Both the position numbers and the translations under genes were made by a program. Positions 37,850 to 50,828 of a stretch of DNA of 64,000 nt are shown one piece after another. Every line of letters starts with the position of its first letter. The stretch's first letter is position 1. The stretch is from Squalus acanthias. Its lineage: Eukaryota. The notes below the pieces were generated by a model. The model did no database searches and was not told the origin of the DNA. It saw only the letters and a list, made by a program, of their open reading frames with translations. The DNA is taken from positions 15,316,001 through 15,380,000 of the forward strand of contig CM059433.1 of NCBI GenBank assembly GCA_030390025.1, in the 5' to 3' direction.

Positions 37850-40190
37850 ACCACTTCCTTGCATCGCTCTCCACCCTCATCTCCTTCCCCCCTGCCCCAC
37901 CCCCAAACCTACTTCCTTCTGTGTCCTCCCCTGGAAAAAACTCTCTCCCAACTCTCTTACAACTGCACTTACGAAATCCCAACTGCCCAGTCTTTGGCCC
38001 TCCATTCACCATGATATTGCTGCAGCTACCGACCTGCTCAACCACACCCTCACCACCACCTTTGCTGCCCTAGACCCTATTAAAACAATTACTCTTGCTC
38101 ACCCTGGCCGTTCCCCTGGTATGGCCCTCATCCTCACTCCCAAAAGTCCAAGGATATTACGGAAAACTGGTTTAGCCATTCACCGCCAGATCTGGCTGGA
38201 CCACATAAAGCATTATCAGGTCCTACTCTCGTCTGCCAAAATTGCTCACTGTTCCAGAATCATTCTGGAATGCAAAGATAAACCCCGGCTCCTATTCTCT
38301 ACTGCTAACCATCTTCTTCAACCCCTCTCCCCGTCTCCTCCACCCTCACCTCCGACAACAAGTGTGAGGAGCTCATGGACTTCTTTGTCTCTAAGATTGA
38401 GACCATCCGTTCAGCTGCCTCTGCCACTTCCCTTCCTTCCCCTACACCAGCGGGCCAAACTTCCTCTAAGGTTCCCCCCTGCCCTAGCCCTGAACTTGCA
38501 TCTTTCTCCAGTTTCTCTCCGATCACCCCTCATGACCTCTCCGTGCTCATCTTATCCATGAGACCCACTTCCTGCTCCCTTGACCCTATTCCCACCAAAC
38601 TGCTGACCACACAACTTCCTTTTCTGGCTCCCATGTTAGCTGACATTGTTAATAGTTCTCTCTCCTCAGGTCCTGTACCCCTCTCCCCCAAATCTGCTGT
38701 CATCACCCCTCTCCTCAAAAAATAACCCTTGACCCCCTCTGTCCTTTCAAACTACTGCCTCATCTCTAACCTCCCTTTCCTCTCCAAAGTCCTTAAATGT
38801 GTTGTCACCTCCTAAATCCATGCCCATCTTTCCAGCAACTCCATGATGAATCCCTCCAATCAGGTTTCCGTCCTTGCCACAGTACCGAAACGGCTCCCAT
38901 CAAATTCACAAATGACATCCTTTGTGACTGTGACAAAGGTAAACTATCCCTCCTCATCCTTCTCGACCTGTCTGCAGCCTTTGACATGGCTGACCACTCC
39001 ATCCTTCTCCAACGCCTCTCTACTGTCGTCCAGTTGGGTGGGACTGCACTCGCCTGGTTCCATTCTTATCTTACTAATCATAGCCAGAGAATCACCTGCA
39101 ACAGCTTCTCTTCCCGCTCCCACTTCGTTACCTCTGGTGTCCCCCAAGGATCTATCCTTGGCCCTCTCCTATTTCTCATCTACATGCTGCCCCTTGGCAA
39201 CATCATCCGAAAACACAGCGTCAGTTTCCACATGTACGCTGACGACACCCAGCTCTACCTCACCACCACTCCTCTCGACTCCTCCACGATCTCTAACTTG
39301 TCAGACTGCTTGTCCGACCTACAGTTCTGGATGAACAGAAATTTTCTCCAATTAAATATTGGGAAGACTGAAGCCATTATTTTCGGTCCCTGCCACAAAC
39401 TCCGTTCCCTAGCCACTGACTCCATCCCTCTCCCTAACATCTGTCTGAGGCTGAACCACACTGTTCTCAACCTTGGTGTCATATTTGGCCCTGAAATGAG
39501 CTTCCGACCACATATCCGCGGCATAACTAAGAACGCCTATTTCAATCTCCATAACATTCTCCGCCTCCGCCCTAGTCTCAGCTCATCCGCTGCTGAAACC
39601 CTCATTCATGCCTTTGTTACCTCTAGACTTGACTATTCCAACGTACTCCTGGCTGGCCTCCTACATTCTACCCTATGTAAACTTGAGGTCATCCAAAACT
39701 CGGCTGTCCATGTCCTAACTCGCACCAAGTCCCGTTCACCCATCACCCCTGTGCTCGCTGACCTACATTGGCTCCCGGTTAAGCAACACCTCGATTTCAA
39801 AATTCTCATCCTTGTTTTCAAATCCCTCCATGGCCTCGCCCCTTCTTATCTCTGTAATCTCCTCCAGCCCCACAACCCCCTGAAATATCTGCGCTCCTCT
39901 AATTCTGCCCTTTTGAGCATCTCTGATTATAATTACTCAACCTTTGATGGCCGTGCCTTCTGTTGCCTAGGCCCGAAGCTCTGGAATGCCCTGCCTAAAC
40001 CTCTTCGCCTCGCTACCTCTCTTTCCTCCTTTAAGACGCTCCTTAAAACCTACCTCTTTGACCAAGCCCTGCCCTAATTTCTCTTTATGTGGCTAGGTGT
40101 CAATTTTTTTGTCTTTTAACACTCCTGTGCAGTGCCTTGGGACATTTTACTATATTAAAGGCGCTATATAAATACAAGTTGTTGCTGTTA
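37850..40190 (+). mobile_element. 5'-truncated L2 LINE with RT domain
   Basis: ORF 38797-40077 has QSGFR..HSTETA, LLDLSAAFD, GVPQGSILGP, YADDTQLY and LHWLP. Frameshifts upstream. Tail aaaggcgctatataaatacaagttgttg. Confidence 0.95.
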
Positions 40191-42142
40191 TGACTGCTGC
40201 TAAGCAATCAGGCACAGACCTGCATGATGTGATGCCTGTGTTCACAAACAAGCTGAACATTGAGGGAGTGGATTGCGTTTCTATTTAGAAAGATGCCTGG
40301 CTGGTGATGGGAGGCACAAAGCCATTGTGGGTGCAGTCAATGGCACTTTGTATCCTGGGAAAGCCTGCCAAATCAGGTGAAACTCATCCTCTCTCATCCT
40401 GCTTTGCTCTGTCCATTACAGAGACATGGTTGCAAGGTGACCAAGGTTGGGAACTAAATGTTCCAGGGTATTCAACATTTCAAAAAGACAGGCAGAATGG
40501 AAAAGAAGGGGGGTAGCCCTGATAATAAAGGATGACATAAAGACAGTAGAGAGAAAGGATCTCAGCTCGGAAGATCAGGAAGTACAATCAGTATGGGTGG
40601 AGATAAGGAATAACTAGGGGCAGAAAACACTGGTGGGTGTAGTATATCGGCCTAACAGTAGCTATACCGCTGGACAGAATATTAATCAAGAAATAGTAGG
40701 AGCTTGTAACAAAGGTAGTGCAATAATCGTGGGGGACTTTAATCTTCATACAGACTGGACAAATCAAATTGGCAAAGGTATAGTCTGGAGGACGAGTTGA
40801 TGGAATGCATTTGTGACAGTTTCCTAGAACAATATATCATGGAACCAACCAGGGAACAGGCTATTTTAGATCTTGTATTGTGTAATGAGACAGGGTTAAT
40901 TAACAATCTCATAGTAAAGGATCCTTTGGGGCAGAGTTATAATAATATGATAGAATTTTGCATGAAGTTTGAGAGTAACTTGCCTAATTCTGAAACTAGC
41001 ATCTTAAACTTGAATATAGCCAATTACATAGGTATGAGGGGCAAGTTGGCTAAGGTAGACTGGAAAAATAGATTAAAAGGTATGGTGGTAGATAAGCAGT
41101 GGCTAGCATTTAAAGAAATATTTCATAATTCTCAACAAAAATGCATTCCATTGAGAAACAAAAAATCCACGGGAAAAATGATCCATCCGTGGCTAACTAA
41201 AGAAGTTAAGGATAGCATTAGATTGAAAGAAGAAGCTTATAATGTTGCGAAGAATAGTAGTAAGCCTGAGGATTGGGAGAGTTTCAGAAACCAGCAAAGG
41301 ATGACCAAAAAATTGATTAAAAAGGGAAAAAAAAGAATATGAGAGAAAACTAGCAAGAAATATAAAAACAGATTATAAGAGCTTCTACAAGTATGTAAAA
41401 AGGAAGAGAGTAGCAAAAGTAAACATTGGTCCCTTAGAGGCTGAGACAAGAGAAATTATTATGGGGAATAAGGACATGGCAGAAAAGTTAAACAAATATT
41501 TTGTATCTATCTTCACAGTACAAGACACAAAAAGCATACCAAAAATGATGGGGAACCAAGGCTCTAATGAGGGTGAGGAACTTAACATAATTAATATAAG
41601 CAGAGAAAAAGTACTAGAGAAACTAATGGGACTAAAAGCCGACAAATCCCCTGGACCTGACGGCCTACATCCTTGGGTTCTAAAAGAGGTGGCTGCAGAG
41701 ATAGTGGATGCATTGGATTTGATCTTCCAAAATTCCCTAGATTCTAGAATGGTCCCAACAGATTGGAAGGTAGCAAATGTAACACCACTATTCAAGAAAG
41801 GAGGGAGAGAGAAAACAGGGATCTAAAGGCCAGTTAGCCTGACATCAGGTGATAAGGTGCCACATTAAAGGTTATTACACAAGATAAGGGCTTATGGGTT
41901 GGGGGTAATATAGTAGCATGGATAGAGGATTGGTTAATGGACAGAAAACAGAGAGTGGGGATTAATGGATCTTTTTCAGGTTGGCAGGCTGTAACTAGCA
42001 GGGTGCCGCAAGGATCAGTGCTGGGGCCTCAGCTATTTACAATCTATATTAATGACCTAGATGAAGGGACCGAGTGTAATGTATCCAGGTTTGCTGACAA
42101 TACAAAGCTAGGTGGGACAGTAAGCTGTGAGGAGAACACAAA

Positions 42143-42624
42143 GGGCTCGATTTTCATTGACCCGTGGAGGCGGGTTTGGAGGCGTGTGGGGGGTTAAAAT
42201 TGCGAAAACTGGCGGACGGGCACAAGTCCGCCTCCATCCCGCCTCCACGCAATTTTCACTAAATCGTGTCTGCTGGTCCCGACTCCGTCCCACCTTTAAG
42301 AGGCGGGATAGGCTGTTAAGGCCCTTAACAAGCACTAAATTGGCTCTATAATGCCATTTTGAAAGGCCTTTGTGATTTTAACCCTTGATCTACGTGAAGC
42401 ACGCCTGTTCTGAAGCACGATTGCGAAACCTGGCGGGAGCACATTTGGATAGCTGGCTATCAGCTGCAGGTCTACTATTACAACGGAGAGATGAAGGTAG
42501 TAGTAGTATTAGGTCTGAAAGTTGCCTCTGATGCTGCTGCATTGAATGTCGCCTCTGATGCTGCTGCATTGAATGTCTTCAGAGACTGCCTGGCCTTTGC
42601 TGTGAGAGGACCTGGGTGGAAAAA

Positions 42625-42660
<36 letters not shown>

Positions 42661-42672
42661 CTCTCTCTCTCC

Positions 42673-42722
<50 letters not shown>

Positions 42723-42812
42723 CTCTCTCCTTCCTCTCTCTCTCTCTCTCTCCTCTCTCTCTCCTTCCTCTCTCTCCTCTCTCTCTCCTTCCTCTCTCTC
42801 CTCTCTCTCTCC

Positions 42813-42846
<34 letters not shown>

Positions 42847-43093
42847 ATGCTGCTCATTTTGCATCCAGGTCTTCTCACAGCAAAGGCCAGGCAGTCTCTG
42901 ACCTGCAATGATGACATCATCAGAGGCAGCTTTCAGACTGAAACCACTAATTGGTTCATGGGTTCCCACATGCTGGAACTCAATTGCCCAATTAGGTGAT
43001 TGCATCAATCTCCCACATCCAATTGCAGTCGGGTGGATAACACGAAATGCGGATGACACGACCCCAACCCGCCCCAGTATCAAAATCCAGCCC
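42143..43093. mobile_element. Harbinger-type MITE nested in CR1
   Basis: TIR GGGCTCGATTTT/AAAATCCAGCCC. AAA TSD at 42140-42142 and 43094-43096. Confidence 0.9.
42628..42843. repeat. (CT)n-type polypyrimidine microsatellite
   Basis: About 215 bp of C/T-only sequence with higher-order CCTTCCTCTCTCT variants. Confidence 0.95.
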
Positions 43094-43860
43094 AAAGAGT
43101 CTGCAAAGGGATATAGATAGACTAAGTGAGTGGGCAGTAAGGTGGCAGATGGAGTATAATGTAGAGAAATGTGAGGTTATTCACTTTGGTAGGAAGAATA
43201 GAAAAACAGAATATTTTTTAAATGGTGAGAAACTTTTAAATGTTGGGGTTCAGAGAGATTTGGGTATCCTTGTGCAAGAAATACAGAAAGCTCGCATGCA
43301 GGTACAGCAAGCAATGAGGAAGGCAAAAGGCCAAAAACAGTCCGGTGCCAGTACAAAATTAGTCAGAATTCAATTTTACAAGTCAGAAAGCAAGCCAAAA
43401 GTGCCCAGAAGTTAACCAGCACTCTAAACGGAGAAACCAGCAACTAATCTGTATGTAGTGGATGAGCCCTTTAAATAGCACTGCTCAAGGATCCTTCCTG
43501 CCTGTTAGTGCTGTGAGTTGCTGGGCGAGTTTATCACATGGTGAGTCAGGCAGCCTGATTTCACAAAAGGGCCCTGCAACAAACATAGGACCATTGTTTA
43601 AATATTGGATTCATTATTTTACATACTGGCCCATGCCCTTGACACCTGCGAAACAGCCCGATCCAATATGGTGGGTGATGCACTTCCACGTGAAATGAAC
43701 GCCTAAAAAACAGATGCTGCGCCAACAAAGTTCTGGGCCCAGAAGTTTTAAGAACTGGAAGATATGCTTGTGAAAATGGAAGGGGAAAAAATAAAAAACA
43801 AAAGGATTAAATCAAATTTTTCCTTCAGGACTAAATTCAGATTATTTGCCCAAATTCAAC

Positions 43861-44585
43861 GGGGGAGAAATTCACTATCACCCCGTTTGGGGCGCTAATT
43901 TTTAAAAGTTTGAAAAGTTAGCGCCAGGCGCTAACGATTTCAAGCGTTTGAAAAATTTGTTTTTGCGCTCCAGGAAGGAAGTGAAGCACTAAATCAAGCT
44001 CCACTTCCTTCTTGGAGCGCAATCAGCAGCAGGCGGGGCGGAGACTTCAGCAGCGCTGCACACTGGGCCGTGCAGCACTGCCGCGTTCAAAGGCTCCTTC
44101 CCTCCCTTAAAGGGAAGGGCCATCGCTGCAGGCTCTGCAAAATAACAAGTACCTACCTGGACCACCAAGGCAGCCGCGATCCCACGTGATCAGCCCAGTA
44201 CGCAAGCAGAGTGCCGGGCTGATCGATCACGGGCAGGAACCCGCGAAAAAACTGGAACAAGAAAGGTAAGTTTTTTTTTACTTACCTCGGCCACCTCGCC
44301 TTTAATCAATCGCCCCCGAAGCGACCGGCCGCCCGATGCATGCCTCCTGCAGCTGTCGGTGTTTTCGACCGGCGCTGCTGCAGGGGGCGGAAGTCAATTT
44401 CTGTTCCGGGGCGCTACCGGGGCGATGCGCACGGCAATAACGTCATTATTTCCAGGCGAAGGAGATCAGGGCGCACCACCGTAGCGCTGCCATAAATCTC
44501 CCGCTGAATATGGCGGGAGTTGATGTCAGCGCCGCGCCCGGTCGCAAAGCCATTTGCGCCCTGTTAGCCCCCTCTCCCCCCCCCC
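43861..44585. mobile_element. Harbinger-type MITE with damaged right end
   Basis: Left end GGGGGAGAAATTCACTATCACCCCGTTTGGGGCGC matches the 60724 end of the autonomous element. Right end degenerates into a C-run. Confidence 0.75.
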
Positions 44586-45089
44586 ATTGAATAAGTCACT
44601 CAGCATCTGTAAAGAAATAAGCAATTCAGCTCAGGATGTTGGGTCAATACTGATATATTTTAAATCAAAGTTACTTTACTACAGAGTCCCAAACCAGCTT
44701 TGTGGATAGCAAACAAATGAGGAAAATAATTGTTCTAAATTATCTCTGCTGTATCCCCAAAGTCGGTATTCTCCTTCAAACTATTATGTGCTCTGGTCCA
44801 GCACACATCCGATCTGCCGCCTCCCAAAGTCCCAGCCTGAAAATCTGTGACCAATGGGCCTGCTGGTCTACTGGGCCTGTGCACTAAGATAACTTGGGAT
44901 GGTTCTTATTTTAACTGTGAGATTGCTCCATTATTAGTCACCATGTATGATATTTTAAAAATGTTGCTCTAGTGCAAACTTCCCGTTTGTTACAACGACT
45001 CTATGTCACAATTGTTTGCCAAGCTATTTCTGTAATGTCTGTGCTATAAGCTGTAAATGCAGCTTTCAGCCCTCCCATTACTAGATAGT

Positions 45090-45540
45090 GAAAGAAAGAA
45101 AGACTTGCATTTAAATAGCGCCTTTCACGACCTCAGGACGTCTCAAAGCGCTTTACAGCCAATTCAGCACTTCTTGAAGTTGAGTCGCTGTTGTAATGTA
45201 GAAAACGTGGCAGCCAATCTATGCACAGCAAAGTCCTACAAACAACATGATAATGACCAGATAATCTGTTTACCTTTTTAAAAGAGATGTTGGTTGAGGG
45301 ATAAATGTTGGCCAGGACACCAGGGAGAACTTCCCTGCTCTTCTTCAAAATATTATCATGGGGGCTTTTACGTCCACCTGAGAGAGCAGACGGGGCCTCG
45401 GTTTGACATCTCATCCAAAGGACGGCACCTCCGACAGTGCGGCACTCCCTCATCACTGCACTGGAGTCTCGGAGTGGGACTTGGACCCACAACCTTCTGA
45501 CTCAGAGGTGAGAGTACTTGCACTGAGCCATGGCTGCCAC
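45090..45540 (-). mobile_element. Deu-domain tRNA SINE (SacSINE1-like)
   Basis: Reverse complement of the 17700-18155 type, from the aaagaaagacttgcattt tail to the cactgagcca head. Confidence 0.85.
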
Positions 45541-45974
45541 CTCCATTTCTGTCTCTAGGGCCATTCCTCCTGATGCTACGTTGTGCTGTTCCTCAAGCTC
45601 TGTCTCCCAGGTCCATTACAAGTAAGTTTTATATTTCATTGTATGAGTTATTGTTTGCTTCTCCTGCTCTTCAGCATCTTCCTCCACCTGTCCTCACCAC
45701 TGCAGCCCTTGGGTTTCCACCACTTCACTTCCCAGCACCGCCTTCCCAACAACCCTGAGCCTCTTCACTTCTCATCACCCCCAAGCCTCCTGAGGCTTGA
45801 AAGGAAGAGAGGCAGAAGCAAAATAACACAGGGAAACAACCAGAAAACAAGATAAGGAGATGGAGAGAACCAGACAATAGAGAGAAAGAGAGATTAGGTG
45901 CTAACGTCCTGAAGTGGGGTTTGAACCCATACCCTTCTAACTCAGAGGCAAGAGTGCTACCACTGAACCAAGAA

Positions 45975-46440
45975 AGAGAAAAGACTTGCATTTATATAGC
46001 GCCTTTCACAACCACCGGACGTCTCAAAGTGCTTTACAACCAATGAAGTACTTTTGAAGTGTAGTCACTGTTGTAATGTGGGAAACACAGCAGCCAATTT
46101 GTGCACAGCAAGCTCCCACAAACAGCAATGTGAAAATGACCAGATAATCTGTTTTTGTTATGGTGGTTGAGGGAGAAATATTGGTCAGGACACCGGGGAG
46201 AACTCCCCTGCTCTTCTTCAAAATAGGGCCATGGGATCTTTTACGTCCACCTGAGAGAGACAGGGCCTCGGTTTAACGTTTCATCCAAAGGACAGCACCT
46301 CCGACAGTGCAGCACTCCCTCAGCACTGCACTGGAGTGTCAGCCTAGCTTTATGTGCTCAAGTCCCTGGAGTGGGGCTTAGAACCCACAACCTTCTGACT
46401 CTAGAGGCGAGTGTGCTACCAACTGAGCTACAGTTGACAC
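45975..46440 (-). mobile_element. Deu-domain tRNA SINE (SacSINE1-like)
   Basis: Full-length-looking copy with the same head, body and tail as 45090-45540. Confidence 0.85.
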
Positions 46441-48151
46441 TTAAAATGCAGTTCTGTTATAAATATTCTGTATGATTCAGATTCTTGCTCACTGTGTCTA
46501 ATTTCATGGATTGTGTATTTCAGCAGAATATTAATTGGAAAGTTGCACATGACCATCATTCTTTGAAAGCATAAGTTCTTAAAGTGATTCATTTACACAT
46601 TTTGTTTATTTATTAGTCAGCCCTGTAATGAAGAACAGACAGGCAGCACATTATTCAGCATGAAATTGATCCAAATTGATGCTATGATGGAATAACTGTT
46701 CTGGTTACTGTGTGCAGTGAAATCGTAATTATGTTCTTTTTGAGTGCGCTTATGATGTTGATATAGTGACCGGAGGAAATCTTATCCCTGACGTACAGAG
46801 ATGATATTCTGCCATGGACACAACACAATTGGATTTGTGGGCTGTCAAACCATTCCAATACATAAGATTAGTGGCACTAATGAGGCTCATGCCTTGTAGC
46901 AGCAATGAGCCTTTTTTCATTCCCAATGCATTTGAAACATAAACCGGGCACAAGGCCTCTGCCCACCGGTTTTCTGCTTCCCACACGCCTCGCATGCAAC
47001 ACGCACAAGAGTAGAATTTCAGCTCCGCTCCTTGGCTATTACATATTCTAAGATCTCATGAACTGGGAGGATCCAAGGACAACGGCAATTTCATCGATCA
47101 GAGAAGTTTCCGAAATCAAAACGAATAGAAATGTCAGTGCTGGTTCACCCTCTGTCAGTACAGGTGGTTGGAATCTTACCCCGAGTGCTGGCAGGAAGCC
47201 ACACATTTTACTGTCTCAGTGGCTGCTGCTCTCAATGGTGAGCACTACACAACATGTCGAATACCGCAAACAATTTGAACACCGTAGATGGCTCAAGCTA
47301 TAACGCATTCATGAGCAGCCTTGGCACCAAATCTTCACCCAAGAATGGTTGGCCCAAGTTACTTTGAATGACTGATGTATCTGTGTCCTTCTAGATTGTG
47401 CAATGGAGTCAGAAACTCATTAAACCTAGTTTGCAGTCAGCTATCCTGTTCAAACAAACTTGGCACAAGTGAAAGGCTCAGGATGACAGGGGTCACAGGT
47501 TGACCTCAGGTACTGCCTCTTTCCCATGAGGACCATTTTAGTTTCACGTACCACCTCCATTTTGAAGTGAATGGAACTCCTTAGGATCAAGGTATACTAT
47601 CAAGTCGACTATTAGCACCATTGTTTCTAAGCACTTTCAGTTGAACACATCTGGGGAAATGGATGAGCCCAGCAATTTTGGTAACACTGTAGTAATAAAC
47701 TTTTGAATACTGATGGGCATAATTCTTCTTCAAGTGCTTGAAATATCACCTCCTGGTGGCTGGAAAGATCCAATTAACATTTTGACAGCTGGAGGGTGAA
47801 CAGTTCAAGTAAGTGATGGTTCCTTTAAAATCAACCTCCAGTATTGCACATTACCTCCCTGGAAAGTCAGAACCTCTATTATGCGACTCCTTGAGGAGGT
47901 CTAGATAGAACATATGAGCCCTATACAGCCTCTCTCCACAAAGGCCTTCTCTGCATTTTCCTTCGTCTGTGAACTCAATTCAATCTTTCTTCCCATTCCT
48001 TATCCAAAAGCAATATAGTTGCTTCTAAGAGAGCCAAAGCCATGCTATCAGTCCTAACCCACCACTGTCCACTCTGTTCATGTTGTTAAGGACTGGTCTG
48101 AATGCAACATATAGTACTAACAAATTATGCCACAATACCATATGGAATATG

Positions 48152-48682
48152 GTTCCAATGAAGCTCAATGTAAGCTCGAGGAACAGCACCTCATCTTTCG
48201 ATTAGGCACTTTACAGCCTTCTGGACTCAACATAGAGTTCAACAATTTCAGACCATAACCTCTGCCCCATCCTTTTTTTCCATCTATTTTTTTTTTCTCT
48301 CCCACATGGCAGCTGTCTTTCACTCTGCCAATGCCATGTACACTTCATCTAGAGCCATCTTTTATTTCTTAACTTGTCCCATTACCATCTCCTTTTGCCT
48401 TGCACCATCTCTTAATCTCTCTTAATGTTTCTTAATCTCTCCTGCCTTCCATCCTATCACAGACCTTCCCTTTGGTTCTTTCCTCCCCTCCCCCCTTTCC
48501 CTGCCCCTGCACTTGCTTAAAAACCTATTCCATCTCCAGCTTTTTCCAGTTCTGACGAAGGGTCATCGACCTGAAACGTTAACTCTGTTTCTCTCTCCAC
48601 AGATGTTGCCTGACCTGCTGAGTGTTTCCAGCATTTTCTGTTTTTATTCCAGATTTCCAGCATCTGCAGTATTTTGCTTTTG
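48152..48682 (+). mobile_element. 5'-truncated Penelope-like element
   Basis: GIY-YIG C-terminal coding remnant plus pLTR. 16-bp direct repeat TACCATATGGAATATG at 48136-48151 and 48683-48698. Confidence 0.9.
48548..48584 (+). ncRNA. Minimal hammerhead ribozyme motif
   Basis: agtt-CTGACGA-a-gggtc-atc-gacct-GAAA-cgtt-aact. Core intact. Confidence 0.8.
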
Positions 48683-49579
48683 TACCATATGGAATATGCA
48701 GTGCGACCTAAGTTAATGAGATACCATCCCCACCACACACACACAACGGGCTCAATAAGTGTTTTTTAATTTAGTAACATGAAACATTTAGCAACATGTT
48801 AAATCAACACCCAAGCTTTGCTAAGTGGTATTACTATTACCCAAAAGCACCCCTAATGCTGAGGCTGCTAAGTGGCAAAATTATTGATAGTCCAAAGAGA
48901 GGCTGAAGATAACCTTTGCTTGAGATTACTACCAGGAGAGAAACGGTTAATGTAGAAGTTAGGTCCAGAAATTGTTTCCTCGGGAAATTGGTAACTGTTC
49001 TCAGAATACAATGGGGAATCAAAGCAAAATGCTCTGGCTCAGTAAAGCATGTAATTATCTTTTCACCAAGTAGATTATGATAAACAATACAAGTAGCAAA
49101 CTTTCTCTAATGTTGTTGTAGTTTCTTATAAGACCGTAACAAATTGCTACCAAACGTATTCAGCACCTCTCATTCATTTATATCTAATAGGAAAAGAAAT
49201 GGGTCTGATCACCTAACCGGTGTATCCGGATAAATCAATTTTATGAATCTCAGGAGAATTTAACAAAATGCGAGTGCCAAGAAAGTGCTTACAGTTAGTC
49301 TGAAATACAATACCTGACATCAGCGAAATAAATGAGCCACGGAGGCTTTGTTAATTCGAAATGAAACCAAACAGTTACTGTAATTATATAGCACTGTATG
49401 AGAGTGATTATAGAAGGATTTGTAGCATTCAAATGTTGGGGACACATTTTTCTAGACAATAAATGTAAATGTCCATGGGGGAGAACCATTCTTGCAGCTT
49501 TGGAATTCCAAAGACTGAAGGTGATAGTTCGCAGAAACTAAAACTAGGAAAACATAAATGAGGCTTACTAGGAAATATT

Positions 49580-50341
49580 GGGGCAGAAATTCGGCTGTTG
49601 TCGGGTGAGTACGCATTGTGTACTCACCCGTGGACGGAACGAAAGTGCCGGTTTCTTGCATGCACTGCACATGCGCGGGAAACCGGCACTTCCGTTCCCC
49701 TGAGGAAAGGGGTCAGAGGTCGAACGCACACGCCGGAGGGCCAGCGCGTTCATCTCACACTTCGGGGTTTTTTTTACAGGTTCCTCCATGAGGGTAAGCA
49801 CGAAGAAGATACACTTTTAAAAAGGATGCGCAAGGCCTTCTTTTAACAAGGTAAGTGTTGATTTTATTAAAATTTAAACATTTTTTTCACAGATTTATCT
49901 TTAATTACTTTAAAGAAAGGTAAGTTTAGTTTTAGCCCCGTTAAAAAATGTAATTCATTTTTTCAAAAATTTAAATTTTTGTTTAAAATAGTTAATTTAT
50001 TTAACTTATAGTTATTTTAAAAATGTGATTTTTTTTTTTAATTTATTTGTAGTTTTAGGGATGTTTTGGGGGCAAACTGTATCATAGATTTGACAGGTCT
50101 TCCTATCAAATCTATGAATGAAAGATGGTCTGCTGCCATTGGCTCTCCATGGCCCACGTGATCCCAGGGGACGCATCGCACTAACTACGCCCCTGGGATA
50201 CACAAGCACTGCGCGCTGGCAGTTGCAGGAGGCCCAGGAGCCAAAGTCCCCGTGGGCCCAGAGGTCAACGGCAGGCGCGGTAGGTAGGTGCACGCACGAT
50301 CCTTACCCCCGCGGGAAGCCAGAGAGCCGAATTTCTGGCCC
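49580..50341. mobile_element. Harbinger-type MITE (family of 22937-23681, opposite orientation)
   Basis: 17-bp TIR GGGGCAGAAATTCGGCT / AGCCGAATTTCTGGCCC (1 mismatch). Flanks ATT/AAT. Confidence 0.88.
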
Positions 50342-50828
50342 AATAGAAATACTGGTGGAATCTGACTGTGCAAGGAATTTGTCTCATTGCCATCATCTGC
50401 CTTTGCAAGCTTTCTTCACTCCAGTTTTAATTACTGAGGGCTTAGTTTATATTCTTCCACACAGACTTAAGTTTCAAATAAAATGTGAGCCAGGTTCCAC
50501 ACTGGTACTGCTGATTGGTGTTAGGCTCTAAATGTGGATTGGAATGTTTGTAGAAGCATTTTTTAAATAACTGTTATTGTCCACAAGCTGACATATTTAG
50601 CAATGTATAAACAATTGACAGTAGATTCTCTTTTCTACACATCAAGAAAATGAGACTCCTCGACACCACTTTGTTGTCATATGCCATTTCCTGAAATCAG
50701 ATTACCTTTCAGTCGCAGCATCCCTTGAGCATCACATGTGTCATCGCTGGATAAATAAATGAAACATAAATATTCTATTAGAAAAAAAAGTCAGCATTAT
50801 TTGGCACCCCTACTCAAAGAGACCACAG

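Larger units (their letters stand above)
40412..43327 (+). mobile_element. CR1 LINE ORF2 remnant (APE endonuclease to RT), interrupted by a MITE
   Basis: ITETW, YRP, GDFN, ILDLVL (APE); KSPGPDG, VPQGSVLGP, FADN (RT). Reading EENTK|SLQRDIDRL is split by the 42143-43093 insertion. Confidence 0.92.

Noticed and set aside
42478..43095. ORFs rich in ER or LS repeats
   Set aside because: Translation artefacts of the (CT)n microsatellite.
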